A stretch of DNA of 62,583 bases, filler included, from Stramenopiles sp. TOSAG23-3 (lineage: Eukaryota): assembly GCA_900128585.1 (NCBI GenBank). It is 12 parts of 12 records of this genome, joined end to end, with 100 filler letters (N's around TTAATTAATTAA, not from the genome) between each part and the next. Parts side by side here need not be neighbours in the genome. Positions count along the whole stretch, not along the records: positions 10,500 to 15,642 come from LT643601.1; positions 15,743 to 20,875 come from LT643602.1; 10 more parts are not named here. One strand, 5' to 3'. Positions 10,501 through 19,763 of the stretch are shown in pieces. The position numbers and the translations under genes were made by a program. Position 1 is the first letter of the stretch. The number at the start of each line of letters is the position of its first letter. Under the pieces are notes generated by a model that was not told the origin of the DNA, made no database searches, and worked only from the letters and a program-made list of their open reading frames with translations.

Positions 10501-11400
10501 AACAATACTAATTTTATATGGTGCGGAGCAAACAATCCTTTATGCTCTTATGACAACCAAACTCAACGATTTAATTTCAGTAATCTTCAAACAAATGTAT
10601 TTTTTGCCCAAGTAGATGCTCCAGCAACTAGTTTTTCTGATGGTGTAGATGCTGGAGTTCAATGTGCGAGAATTAATGTAGCGTTTGATGAAGATAAAGA
10701 CATTCACACTCACAATAATAATGTAACAGCAGCGGCAAATTACTCGCAAAAAAACACAGGAATACAAGACCGCCAATCAGGCATTTTTATTCACAAAGTA
10801 TGGTTGCCACCCATGAACTGGAAAAAACCTAGCAACATAAACTTAAATAATTATACTAGTAATGAAAGTATGACCAAAACTAGTCAAAATCATTACGAAA
10901 TTGTAAAGGACTTAATAGAAGCAGATGAAGATAACTATGCCGGTTGTTTATTGGACAAAATGGGATACAACATAGAACAATTTATACCACATTACGGAAA
11001 ACAGAGCAATCGTTATAACGAAAGCACAAAAAACAATCCAATTGTAGGTCCAACCCAAGGAGTTCGCCCAACTATGACAAATAATCTAGTTGATACAAGT
11101 GTAGATACCGATATGAACGTTTATTATAGAGCAACTGATATTTCTTTTAATGGTTCTCTATTACAGAGTGCTGTAGGCGATGACGGTAATTTTAATGACC
11201 GTGATAGTAATGTATACGGTTGTGGAGCTAGATTTAATGGGGCTTTAACAAGTAATGGAGCGAATATGAGAGGTCGTCCATTTACTCATCGTATCCGCTC
11301 TACATTAAATGGTAGTTCGCCTAACAGTATTTATACATACATGCTACATAGAAGTGTCCTACTTTTGGGCGGAAATGGTTCGGCAACAACTGTAGAATAA
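10501..11400 (+). CDS. PLV structural protein fragment (5'-partial): large minor-capsid-like segment followed by a capsid-like C-terminus
   Basis: Frame is open from 10501 (NNTNFIWCGANNPLCSYDNQTQRFNFSNLQT...DRQSGIFI...GCLLDKMGY...PHYGKQSNRYN), longer than the ORF-track call; the last ~65 aa parallel the C-terminus of the adjacent MCP. Confidence 0.65.
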   Translation, partial: NNTNFIWCGANNPLCSYDNQTQRFNFSNLQTNVFFAQVDAPATSFSDGVDAGVQCARINVAFDEDKDIHTHNNNVTAAANYSQKNTGIQDRQSGIFIHKVWLPPMNWKKPSNINLNNYTSNESMTKTSQNHYEIVKDLIEADEDNYAGCLLDKMGYNIEQFIPHYGKQSNRYNESTKNNPIVGPTQGVRPTMTNNLVDTSVDTDMNVYYRATDISFNGSLLQSAVGDDGNFNDRDSNVYGCGARFNGALTSNGANMRGRPFTHRIRSTLNGSSPNSIYTYMLHRSVLLLGGNGSATTVE

Positions 11401-11470
11401 AATATTTGTTTATTTTATAGAGTAAAAGCCGTAGGTCAATGAGTTGTAGTCCCCATCCATCCCCCATAAA

Positions 11471-11501
11471 TTAAACTTTATACAAGAAATATAAAGTTTA
11501 A
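11471..11501. terminator. Perfect AT-rich hairpin, putative viral 3'-end signal
   Basis: ttaaactttata-caagaaa-tataaagtttaa: 12-bp stem, 7-nt loop, between two viral ORFs. Confidence 0.6.
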
Positions 11502-11533
11502 CTTTAGTAAAATATTTTCTTCAGGTATAACAA

Positions 11534-13003
11534 ATGAGTATTGCTAGTGTTTTAAAAGTGGGCGGTAAGCCCGATAATTTAGGTCAGTCTGTAAATGTTG
11601 AAACTAGAGTAGTTGAACCCCAAGCATTTACGGATGAAACATGTAGATTTAATCTACCTAGAAGCGGTATATTGGATAATAATGGTTACATTACAATTAG
11701 TTTAACGGCAGTTGATGCCTCAAGAAATTTACCTTTATTTTCCGGAATAACCGGTTGTATTGAAACAGCGACATTAATGTATGAAAATAATGTAATTGCC
11801 CAAACTCGTGATGTAAATAGTTACACAACTTTAAAATCGTGGTATAGGGTGCCATCTAAGAGAAAGCAGGTGATGAACACGCGTGTAGGTAGTTTTCAGG
11901 ACTTTATGGTGGAAACTGGAGCAAATGGCGTTCAAGGTCAATATGCTTTAGATAAGAATATAAATGGTGTAGATATAGTTGCTGCTGGTAATTTCGCAAT
12001 AGATAGTGCTTTTAAACTAGGAACAACAGCGGCTTCAACACCAGAATTTCGCATTTATTTAAGTGATTTGTTCCCGATGATGTCGCAACTACAATTACCA
12101 CTAGGTTTGTTAGGTCAATTTAGTGTAGTTCTAGATTTCGCACCTGATAGAGCTGGAAATAGAGTAACAACCTTATCTGGAAACAACTTTGCCGCTGGAA
12201 ACAAACTTGTTGAGGAGAAAATGAAACTAGTGTGCGACCTAATTTATTTTGATGACGAACCGGATGAAGTCCCTGTGATGGAGAAATTACAAGCGGAAAT
12301 GGCAAAAGGACTAAATTTAACGTATACTGACAATGTTAATGTAAAAATATCCAACGCATTTCCAGCAATCACAGTTGCCGCCGGTCAAAAAACTCAGCAA
12401 GAAACTAGTCAAATTTTAGGTTTAAACAATCAAATCGTTCGTAAAATATTTGCGGCAGTTACTCCACAGCCAAATTTTGCCGCTTCTCCACAAGTTCCAG
12501 CAAACAATATTGCGGGTAACTTTGTAAGTGAAGCGACGATGAGTAGTGACGAAACTGTCCAACTTACTATTAACAATCACCCTGTTTATCCTAGTCCTAT
12601 AGATTTGGATGCTCGTATATGGCAGGAATTATGTGAATGCGAACCCGGTGCTACTCATAATGTTCCAGTAGGTATGAGTAGTTTCGAAGGTCAAACAAGT
12701 GTCACTCCGGCAACATTATATAATGCTGATATTTCACAGAATTTTGGAAATAATCACACTATATTTGGTCGCCAATTCAATGAGTTAAATGGCGTGGGAC
12801 ATTATTATGGTATAAATCTAAGTAAAGGTAGCGAGAATGAACCTGGCATGGGAACGGCGATTGACAGCAATAATCCAGTGGTTTGGAGGCAAACTAGAGG
12901 AAGAACACAGCAGAAAAATGGTAAGTATGACTTGTTTTTGTGGGCGGAGTGCGAGCGGCAAATGACAATGCGGAATGGTAATGTAATTATTAGCGGTTCG
13001 TAA
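11534..13003 (+). CDS. Major capsid protein, Polinton-like virus type (double jelly-roll)
   Basis: 489 aa, intact. N-terminus VETRVVEPQAFTDETCRFNLPRSGILD, then LPLFSGITGCIETATL, IYLSDLFPMM..QLPL, KLVCDLIYFD, LGLNNQIVRKI, QLTINNHPVYP, and C-terminal WAECERQMTMRNGNV match the pattern I recognise for PLV MCPs. Confidence 0.85.
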   Translation: MSIASVLKVGGKPDNLGQSVNVETRVVEPQAFTDETCRFNLPRSGILDNNGYITISLTAVDASRNLPLFSGITGCIETATLMYENNVIAQTRDVNSYTTLKSWYRVPSKRKQVMNTRVGSFQDFMVETGANGVQGQYALDKNINGVDIVAAGNFAIDSAFKLGTTAASTPEFRIYLSDLFPMMSQLQLPLGLLGQFSVVLDFAPDRAGNRVTTLSGNNFAAGNKLVEEKMKLVCDLIYFDDEPDEVPVMEKLQAEMAKGLNLTYTDNVNVKISNAFPAITVAAGQKTQQETSQILGLNNQIVRKIFAAVTPQPNFAASPQVPANNIAGNFVSEATMSSDETVQLTINNHPVYPSPIDLDARIWQELCECEPGATHNVPVGMSSFEGQTSVTPATLYNADISQNFGNNHTIFGRQFNELNGVGHYYGINLSKGSENEPGMGTAIDSNNPVVWRQTRGRTQQKNGKYDLFLWAECERQMTMRNGNVIISGS

Positions 13004-13015
13004 AATTTAATATTG

Positions 13016-13046
13016 AATAGTTTTTATTATTTTTATAAATACTATT
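13016..13046. terminator. AT-rich hairpin between convergent MCP and LRR genes, putative bidirectional 3'-end signal
   Basis: aatagt-t-tttat / loop tattttt / ataaa-t-actatt: 11 pairs plus one mismatch, 7-nt loop. Confidence 0.5.
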
Positions 13047-13050
13047 TGTT

Positions 13051-15642
13051 TTACGGTAAATTATCTTTATCTTTACCAGCCTTTTCCCACGCTTCTTCTA
13101 CCAACTTTTCCATTTCTTTACCAATATTGCCATTAAACATATTCAAATAAACTAATGATTTCATTTTGCCAAAGTTTGACATTAATATTTTCGCACCCTC
13201 ATCGTCAAATTTACAATCGCTTAAATCAAGGTCTGTTAAATTGGGCATTTTACCTAAGTTTAAAGCCAAGGCTTTTACACCATCATTGCCAAATTCACAT
13301 TCTTGTAAATCAAGCTGTGTTAAATTTAACATTTTCTTTAAGTATGGAGCCAAAGCTTTTAAACCATTATCGTCAATGTTTGTTTCGCTTAAATCTAAAT
13401 GCGTTAAACCGACTAAGGAAGGGGCTAAGATTTTAACGCACTCTTCATCAAAGTTTGTTTTTCTTAAGTTTAAACTTTTTAAACTTTTTAATTTAGGTAA
13501 AATTGAAGACAATGCCTTTACACCTTTAACCCCAAGTTTTTGCTCATTTAAAAGGAGCGCTTTTAACGATGTAGGTAACGCAGGTGCCAATATTTGTAAC
13601 GTTTCATCGCTAATGTTCGTATCACATTCTATCTCTACAACGTCCAAATTTTTAAAATTGGGCAAAATTGCTGCTACTTTTGTTGCTAAGTTTTCATGTA
13701 AATCTTCAAGTTTTAACATCGTTTCACCTCCATAAAAAAAAATCTCTTTATCGTTTTCGCTAAGTTTTTCGTAAGAAAAAGTAAATGGTTCTTCTTTCTC
13801 ATCATCATCTTCGCTACGTCTTTCTAACGCTGCTCTATAATCGCGGGCGCAACTATAGTCACTAGGATTAATTGTTTCAATGTTTTTGTTTGCTCTATCC
13901 TCTTCCTCCAATTTTTTCAACTGCGTTATAGGGTCGTATAACTCACCATATTCTATTAAATCATCGTCATCAATGCTCTCAACGCTATCGTTGCTTTCAT
14001 CACTACTACTATTTTCGTCGTCGTCGTCCTCTGCCTGGTCCTCATTGTCTTTTTCGCTGTCTTCTTCTTCGCTGCTTTCTTCTTCTTCGCTGCTTTCTTC
14101 TTCTTCACTGCTTTCTTCGTCCTCCTCGTCGCTTTCAAATGGTTTCATTTCTTTTTTTGTTATCCTTTTTTTGTAATCGCATACGAAATCTTTTATTGTG
14201 GTGTCATAACCACTATGTTTTACTGTAGCACCAAAACAGGCTTTTAATCTTTTTTGAATTTTTATAGAAAATTGATTTCCACAAATATTCATAGGCACTG
14301 CTCTTTCATGTTTTATAAATTTTAATATTCGTTTTTCACATTCATCAGTCAAATTGTTATTAGCCAATTCAATTTTACGAGCGTATCCGTATTCGCTTTG
14401 GTCAATATTAACAAGTAAATATTTCAACCCTTTATTTGTCAAACCAACATTGTTAAAATGTAAGGCGGTATTATCCAAATCATCGCTTCCTCTTAATAGC
14501 ATTTTTACACCTTCGTCTCCAATATTGTTGTCGCTAATGTTAAATATGGTTTCAGGATGGCTAGCGTCCAAATAAGGAAACACATTAATGTATTTACAGC
14601 CTTCTGCGGTAATGTTGTTGCTACGTAAGTTCAGAAAAAAAAAACGGTTGTTTACCCCCTTGTGGTGTTTCAAAATATCAACCAAGTTTTTACAACCTTC
14701 GTCGCCAATGTTGTTAAAAGATAAATTTAGATTGGACCAACCAAAATCACCCGTCACTACTTCTCTAATGTCTCCATATCGCACAATGGCAGGGGCAAGC
14801 AATTTACAATCCTCGGCAGAAAGATTTTTATTGCTTAAATCTATCTTTCCGTTACCGTCTTCGGTTGGAAATTGTAGTTGCGAAAATGTTTCAGCACTAA
14901 CAATGTCTCTTAATTTTTTCCACTGTATGTTTCCATCGCATACAAAGCAACATTTACTCATGTTGTAGTGCTTGTGTTCCATCCACTTTTTTCTTACGAT
15001 TTTTACGACTTTAGAAGAAATTACATTTCCGGAAATATTCGTGGGAACAACACAATTAGTTTCCCTCGCCTGATTTATAATTATTTCAAGCAACGTAATT
15101 TTACTTTTGTCCGTTAGTTTGTTAAACGCAACTTCTATACGGCATTTGTTTATACTTTCGCGGTCGGCGGCAAAAACAAACTTAAAACATTTTAACCCTT
15201 CATCAGTCATACCAACGTTGTTAAAGACAAATGTGTGTTGTTTTAAATCAGCCGATTTTGCGTATTCCATTAAAGTCTTAACACCGGCATCTCCAATATT
15301 ATTGTCGCTTATATTGAATGTGATACAAGGGTCTTCTTTATAGTCAATATTTTCGGGTGAAATCGCAATGTGTTGGCAACCTTTGGCGGTTATTCCATTG
15401 CTCTGTAAGTTAATACTCCGTTCTCCACGACAGTGCCCTTCGTTTAATTTAAGCAAACTTGTTAAGTTTTTACAACCTTCGTCGCCAATTTTATTAAACG
15501 ATAAATTGAGAGAAGACCAACCACTGTCGCCATCTTCCTCCCTTTTGTTCAAGATTTTGCTATAGTGAATTATAGCAGGTGCGAGCAACTTACAATCTTT
15601 TGCTGTAATATTTTTGTTCCTAAAATCCAGTTCGCCACATTC
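13051..15642 (-). CDS. Large RNI-like leucine-rich-repeat protein with duplicated module and acidic linker (5'-partial)
   Basis: Repeats LxLSxNxIGDEGCKxL and LTxLDLSxCxFxDEGxKxL; frame is open to the contig end (ECGELDFRNKNITAKDCKL); EEEESS repeats in the linker. Confidence 0.9.
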   Translation of the reverse strand, partial: ECGELDFRNKNITAKDCKLLAPAIIHYSKILNKREEDGDSGWSSLNLSFNKIGDEGCKNLTSLLKLNEGHCRGERSINLQSNGITAKGCQHIAISPENIDYKEDPCITFNISDNNIGDAGVKTLMEYAKSADLKQHTFVFNNVGMTDEGLKCFKFVFAADRESINKCRIEVAFNKLTDKSKITLLEIIINQARETNCVVPTNISGNVISSKVVKIVRKKWMEHKHYNMSKCCFVCDGNIQWKKLRDIVSAETFSQLQFPTEDGNGKIDLSNKNLSAEDCKLLAPAIVRYGDIREVVTGDFGWSNLNLSFNNIGDEGCKNLVDILKHHKGVNNRFFFLNLRSNNITAEGCKYINVFPYLDASHPETIFNISDNNIGDEGVKMLLRGSDDLDNTALHFNNVGLTNKGLKYLLVNIDQSEYGYARKIELANNNLTDECEKRILKFIKHERAVPMNICGNQFSIKIQKRLKACFGATVKHSGYDTTIKDFVCDYKKRITKKEMKPFESDEEDEESSEEEESSEEEESSEEEDSEKDNEDQAEDDDDENSSSDESNDSVESIDDDDLIEYGELYDPITQLKKLEEEDRANKNIETINPSDYSCARDYRAALERRSEDDDEKEEPFTFSYEKLSENDKEIFFYGGETMLKLEDLHENLATKVAAILPNFKNLDVVEIECDTNISDETLQILAPALPTSLKALLLNEQKLGVKGVKALSSILPKLKSLKSLNLRKTNFDEECVKILAPSLVGLTHLDLSETNIDDNGLKALAPYLKKMLNLTQLDLQECEFGNDGVKALALNLGKMPNLTDLDLSDCKFDDEGAKILMSNFGKMKSLVYLNMFNGNIGKEMEKLVEEAWEKAGKDKDNLP

Positions 15643-15793
15643 NNNNNNNNNNNNNNNNNNNNNNNNNNNNNNNNNNNNNNNNNNNNTTAATTAATTAANN
15701 NNNNNNNNNNNNNNNNNNNNNNNNNNNNNNNNNNNNNNNNNNAGGTGTCAGTTCAAGAACAATATCTCCTCCTATTGCAGATCCTCCCCAAGT

Positions 15794-15871
15794 TCTGGTC
15801 AAGATTTCAATTGATTGGTCTGGTCAAGATTCTAATTGATTGGTCTGGTCAAGATTCCAATTGATTGGTCT
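15794..15871. repeat. 25-bp tandem repeat x3
   Basis: tctggtcaagattyyaattgattgg repeated three times. Confidence 0.9.
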
Positions 15872-16423
15872 TAAAAGTACACAGCGGCATAAACGTTTTC
15901 AAGGGGCTCGTTGTCTGTGGTACTGCTCAATGAAATAATGATCGGTATTGAGTTTGATCGTTTCGTGGTCGCATACACATACAGATGTAAGTGTACCTTC
16001 TGGAACTCCTAAACGGCTAGGCCGGTCAGCGATTTCCAGGACATATTCGTATGTCTCTCCCAAGTTAAATAAAATTAAAATTAATGTACTGCGAACTGAG
16101 AAAGAAGTACGAGTGTCGAAACGAACAGACAGAACACCAAGTCTTTGTCAAACACTTTGATAGTATTGACGTACAATCAATAATGACATAGAACCCAACT
16201 TTCCCAAAGAAAATGTCACCGATGCCTAAGATGAGTGATGGATATATGCTACCAAGGTACCATCGAAACATGAATGGCACCGTAGCATCGTAGTCGGTCT
16301 ACAGTACAGTATTAGCAACCCTGCCGGGCAGGGTACAGTATTTTTTTAATTAATTATAAAAGTTTTAAGACCAACACATGTTACCTTTTTGTTGCCGGTA
16401 ATAACTAAGGATATTCGTCGTTG

Positions 16424-17578
16424 TCACACACTCACACGCGCTCGCTTGTTTCTCTTCTTCTTCACCCCGCTCTTACTGCTTCTGCTGCTGCTGCTGCTAC
16501 TGGATGTCTTCTTGCTGTCGTTTCTTTTCTTTCTCTTCTTTGTACTACTCCCTGCTTTTTCTGTCCTTCCAAACACCACGTCGAGCTCGATCAACGCTGC
16601 AATTTTACGCCTCATGCTGCTGCTATCCTCCACGCTGTATTGTATCGTGCCACCTAATCCGTGCCACTCCCCACACAGACTTTCCAGCGCACCAACCACC
16701 CACTTGCCCGCCTTGATAAGCTTCTTTTTCGACGCTCCGCTCATTTCGTTCATTTCCTTGACGAGTGCGATCAATCCTTGCTTGACAACGTCCGCGTACT
16801 TTCCGGAAATCAGCGCATCGAAACACATGGCGTGACTGCATTCGTCAGTCAGTGGAAAATCTTCAGCGGGATAAATGCCAGACACAGAGGAGCGCTTGCT
16901 CCAGAAACGATGCTTCTCGCACCACTCCGGCAATTCGTAGCTGTGGTGTCTTGCAAACTTATTTTCAGTCAGTCGACACATCAAGGAATCAAAATACACG
17001 AGCGCACCAACAGGATCTCTGCTGAACAAATCGTCCGTTCTTTCCGACGTGAACTTCTCGGCAACCCACTCTTCAACAGCTCTGTCGATTTCGTTTTCAT
17101 AGGGATTCTGAAAATAACTGTAGGGATTCTCGGTGTCTGCCTCTTCCATGTAATGTAACTCATCTTCTTCATCGTCATAAACAACGTACTCTTCTTCATT
17201 CCATCCACGTTTCCAGATCCCGAAGCGATGCTCGTGCTCGTTAAAAATGATACGGGTTCTGTCCTTCCAACGCCTTTTGAGTTCATTGAAATCGTTGTTC
17301 GCAAGCATCAACCATGACTTGTGAAATTTGGGCATCTGCAAAGACAGTCTTTCCGCACGTCCTTCTTTGTAGGTTCGAGCGTCCTCGCTCTTTTTTTTCA
17401 TCTCCTTTTTCGCTTCTGCTGCCGATCTTTTTTGTAGTTTGAGCGCTTGTTTCAAGTTAATTTCGCCGTTTTCAAACAGGGCTCTCATGAGAGGAGGGAG
17501 ATTGTCGACCGCTTGGGCATCTTCGCGCTCGCATTTGAGCATGCCCGGTCGAATTCGCGAGGGCCAGATTGTTCGCAT
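16424..17578 (-). CDS. Hypothetical protein with basic/Ser-rich C-terminus
   Basis: 384-aa ATG-initiated ORF with protein-like composition; no family recognised. Confidence 0.55.
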   Translation of the reverse strand: MRTIWPSRIRPGMLKCEREDAQAVDNLPPLMRALFENGEINLKQALKLQKRSAAEAKKEMKKKSEDARTYKEGRAERLSLQMPKFHKSWLMLANNDFNELKRRWKDRTRIIFNEHEHRFGIWKRGWNEEEYVVYDDEEDELHYMEEADTENPYSYFQNPYENEIDRAVEEWVAEKFTSERTDDLFSRDPVGALVYFDSLMCRLTENKFARHHSYELPEWCEKHRFWSKRSSVSGIYPAEDFPLTDECSHAMCFDALISGKYADVVKQGLIALVKEMNEMSGASKKKLIKAGKWVVGALESLCGEWHGLGGTIQYSVEDSSSMRRKIAALIELDVVFGRTEKAGSSTKKRKKRNDSKKTSSSSSSSRSSKSGVKKKRNKRARVSV

Positions 17579-18652
17579 TGCGTCCTGCTGATGCGCTGCT
17601 GCTGTGCTGCCGTGCGTGTCAGTGCTGAGTTACGGGGATTAGGATTACTGTGTTGAACAAATTTAAATTAAGGGGGGGGGCGGGGGAAGGGCGTTGAAAC
17701 AGGAGTTTTCTTCAGGTGTTTACCGGCACAAATGTTACACATGAATAGAAAGAGCGTACAAATCTACATGTACTACATCCGGTGAAAACTCTGCAACCTG
17801 CAATTATTTCTTTTTATCTTTCATGCCTGTGGGCAATGTTACCTACAATGTACCGGGTAGCACGTCAACAAAGTTGGTCATTTGTTCTAATACTCCCAGT
17901 TAATATTAATACTACCAAGTATTATATAGTATAGAATATCATTACATATATATGGTACGGGTACATAATATACGTCCATCACACAAAAACAACAACATAG
18001 GCCTTCTTCTTCATAAAAATATTATAAAATATATAAAAAATTATAATCAAGAAGTCCTATATGGTACGTACCGTACGGGTATTATACGGGTACCGGTACC
18101 CGTAGTGAGGACTGGTGCGGCGGGGGTTTTATTTTTTTTTTTTTTTTTACATTTTAAAAAACCCCTCCTACACATCTCTCTTCCATGTTCTTCATTCAAA
18201 ACTTTGCTGAAAAAAAATAGAAAAGATAGAAAGAAGAAAGAAAGAAGAAGAAGAAGAAAAAAAAAAAATAATAAAAGAAGATCCATCTCTGACGACTGAT
18301 GATAACTCCATTCATTCACGCAACACAACCTCCTCAGGCCAGAATATTATTATAGTGTATTGAGTACAACAACATTAACCTATCATTCCAATTATAGGTT
18401 TTTTATATATCCTACCCCCCCAAACAAAACCTTCAACGCCATCATATATCTTTCTTCTTTCTTTGGTTCTTGATTCAATCAATCCTACCTACCGTTACCA
18501 ATCTTTTCAAATCACAGATAAAATATTTAATATTATACCTGGTAATAATGGAGGTAAATAATTAAAGCCAAAGCATGGTAAGAAAAGCTATACCAGTGAA
18601 TAGAAAGCTTTCTAACGTGTGTATTAATAATTGTTGACAGATTGGTATTGAA

Positions 18653-19150
18653 ATGGGAAATTTATGCCGCAAACCGAAGTACTTACAGGGATTGGGTGGC
18701 CACATTCGGGAGGGCACCCGTGTACAGACAGTGGGCGCGCGTTTCATGGAATTTACGGACACCCCTGCCGCTCGTGAGTGGTACGTTGGCACGGTGACAA
18801 AGTTTAGTGGTAGAGGAAATGATGGAGTCTGTGGTATGGTGACCGTTGAGTACGACGACATCACTGTGTGCGCCTCCCCCCAGCAATTCCCTTCGAACTG
18901 GGTGAACGTACTGCCGCCGGGCCATCCGGGGCACGATGTAAAGGTGATGGGCGGCTCGGCCAGTAAGGATGGACAGGCTGCGGTAGCGTCCGATGATGTT
19001 GCTGCTGTAAGTGCGACAAAAACTCTGCCATTTAGTATCACTCCTGGGGCGGAGCAAAAACACTAAAGGAGCGTTTGTCTGCGCTGAAAGCTCTGTATGA
19101 CGGAGTCTGAGTACAAGGAGAAGAAAAAGGAAATTCGTAAAGAATGTTGA
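18653..19150 (+). pseudogene. Small acylated (MGNLC) protein with a disrupted C-terminal SHOCT-like domain
   Basis: ORF 18653-19066; KTLKERLSALKALYD lies in a shifted frame (19057-19101) and MTESEYKEKKKEIR (19097-19150) is back in the ORF frame beyond stop codons. Confidence 0.55.
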
Positions 19151-19290
19151 GCGTTAGGTGAGAAGGTAGATGCATTTAAATAAAAAGCTAGATCACAAGA
19201 TAGGTGGATTAGAATAATAATCCAAAGATTTTTTAGGATGTCAGTTAACTCATGATGGATGGCAAGAAGAACTTAACCTGAAGAGATCAT

Positions 19291-19347
19291 CGTCAGTTAG
19301 TTCGTCGTCAGTTGGTTCGTCGTCAGTTAGTTCGTCGTCAGTTAGTT
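19291..19347. repeat. 15-bp tandem repeat, about 3.8 copies
   Basis: cgtcagttrgttcgt repeated. Confidence 0.9.
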
Positions 19348-19763
19348 GTCCATTTCAGGTGGGTGTAAAATCAGCACTTAAGTATAAATAAGAGTACGAA
19401 ATATGTAATTCTTCTACGGCCACGTTCTTTAAGACTTAGAATTGTTTATACTGAATTTACATAGGTAAATCAACGACTTTTTTATTTCGCCTGCTGTGTG
19501 GGACGGCTGATTTATTTTTGGCTCGAATGTATTATTATATTACCAAGTATATAAATATTATTATATATAAATTTTGTTGCATATTATTATATAAAAATGG
19601 TGGTTTTGGTCATTTGACAGGTTCCTCCTCCAAGTTGCAGGTACTCTTTGAATATCTAGAATCCTCCGGTATGTATAATAAATCAAAAATGCACAAACAC
19701 ACCCGCCAACACTCTGTCAACAATACAACCCGATTTAAACACACAAGTAACTAGAATCTAGAA

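Larger units (their letters stand above)
10500..15642. mobile_element. Polinton-like virus fragment (endogenous or co-assembled)
   Basis: Whole contig is AT-rich and gene-dense with 133-bp and 47-bp intergenic gaps and no host-type low-complexity spacers; it encodes a PLV-type capsid protein. No terminal repeats, integrase or polymerase are visible. Confidence 0.8.

Noticed and set aside
15794-15871. 25-bp repeats (and 15-bp repeats at 19291-19347) as a CRISPR array
   Set aside because: Head-to-tail copies without unique spacers, eukaryotic context, no cas genes
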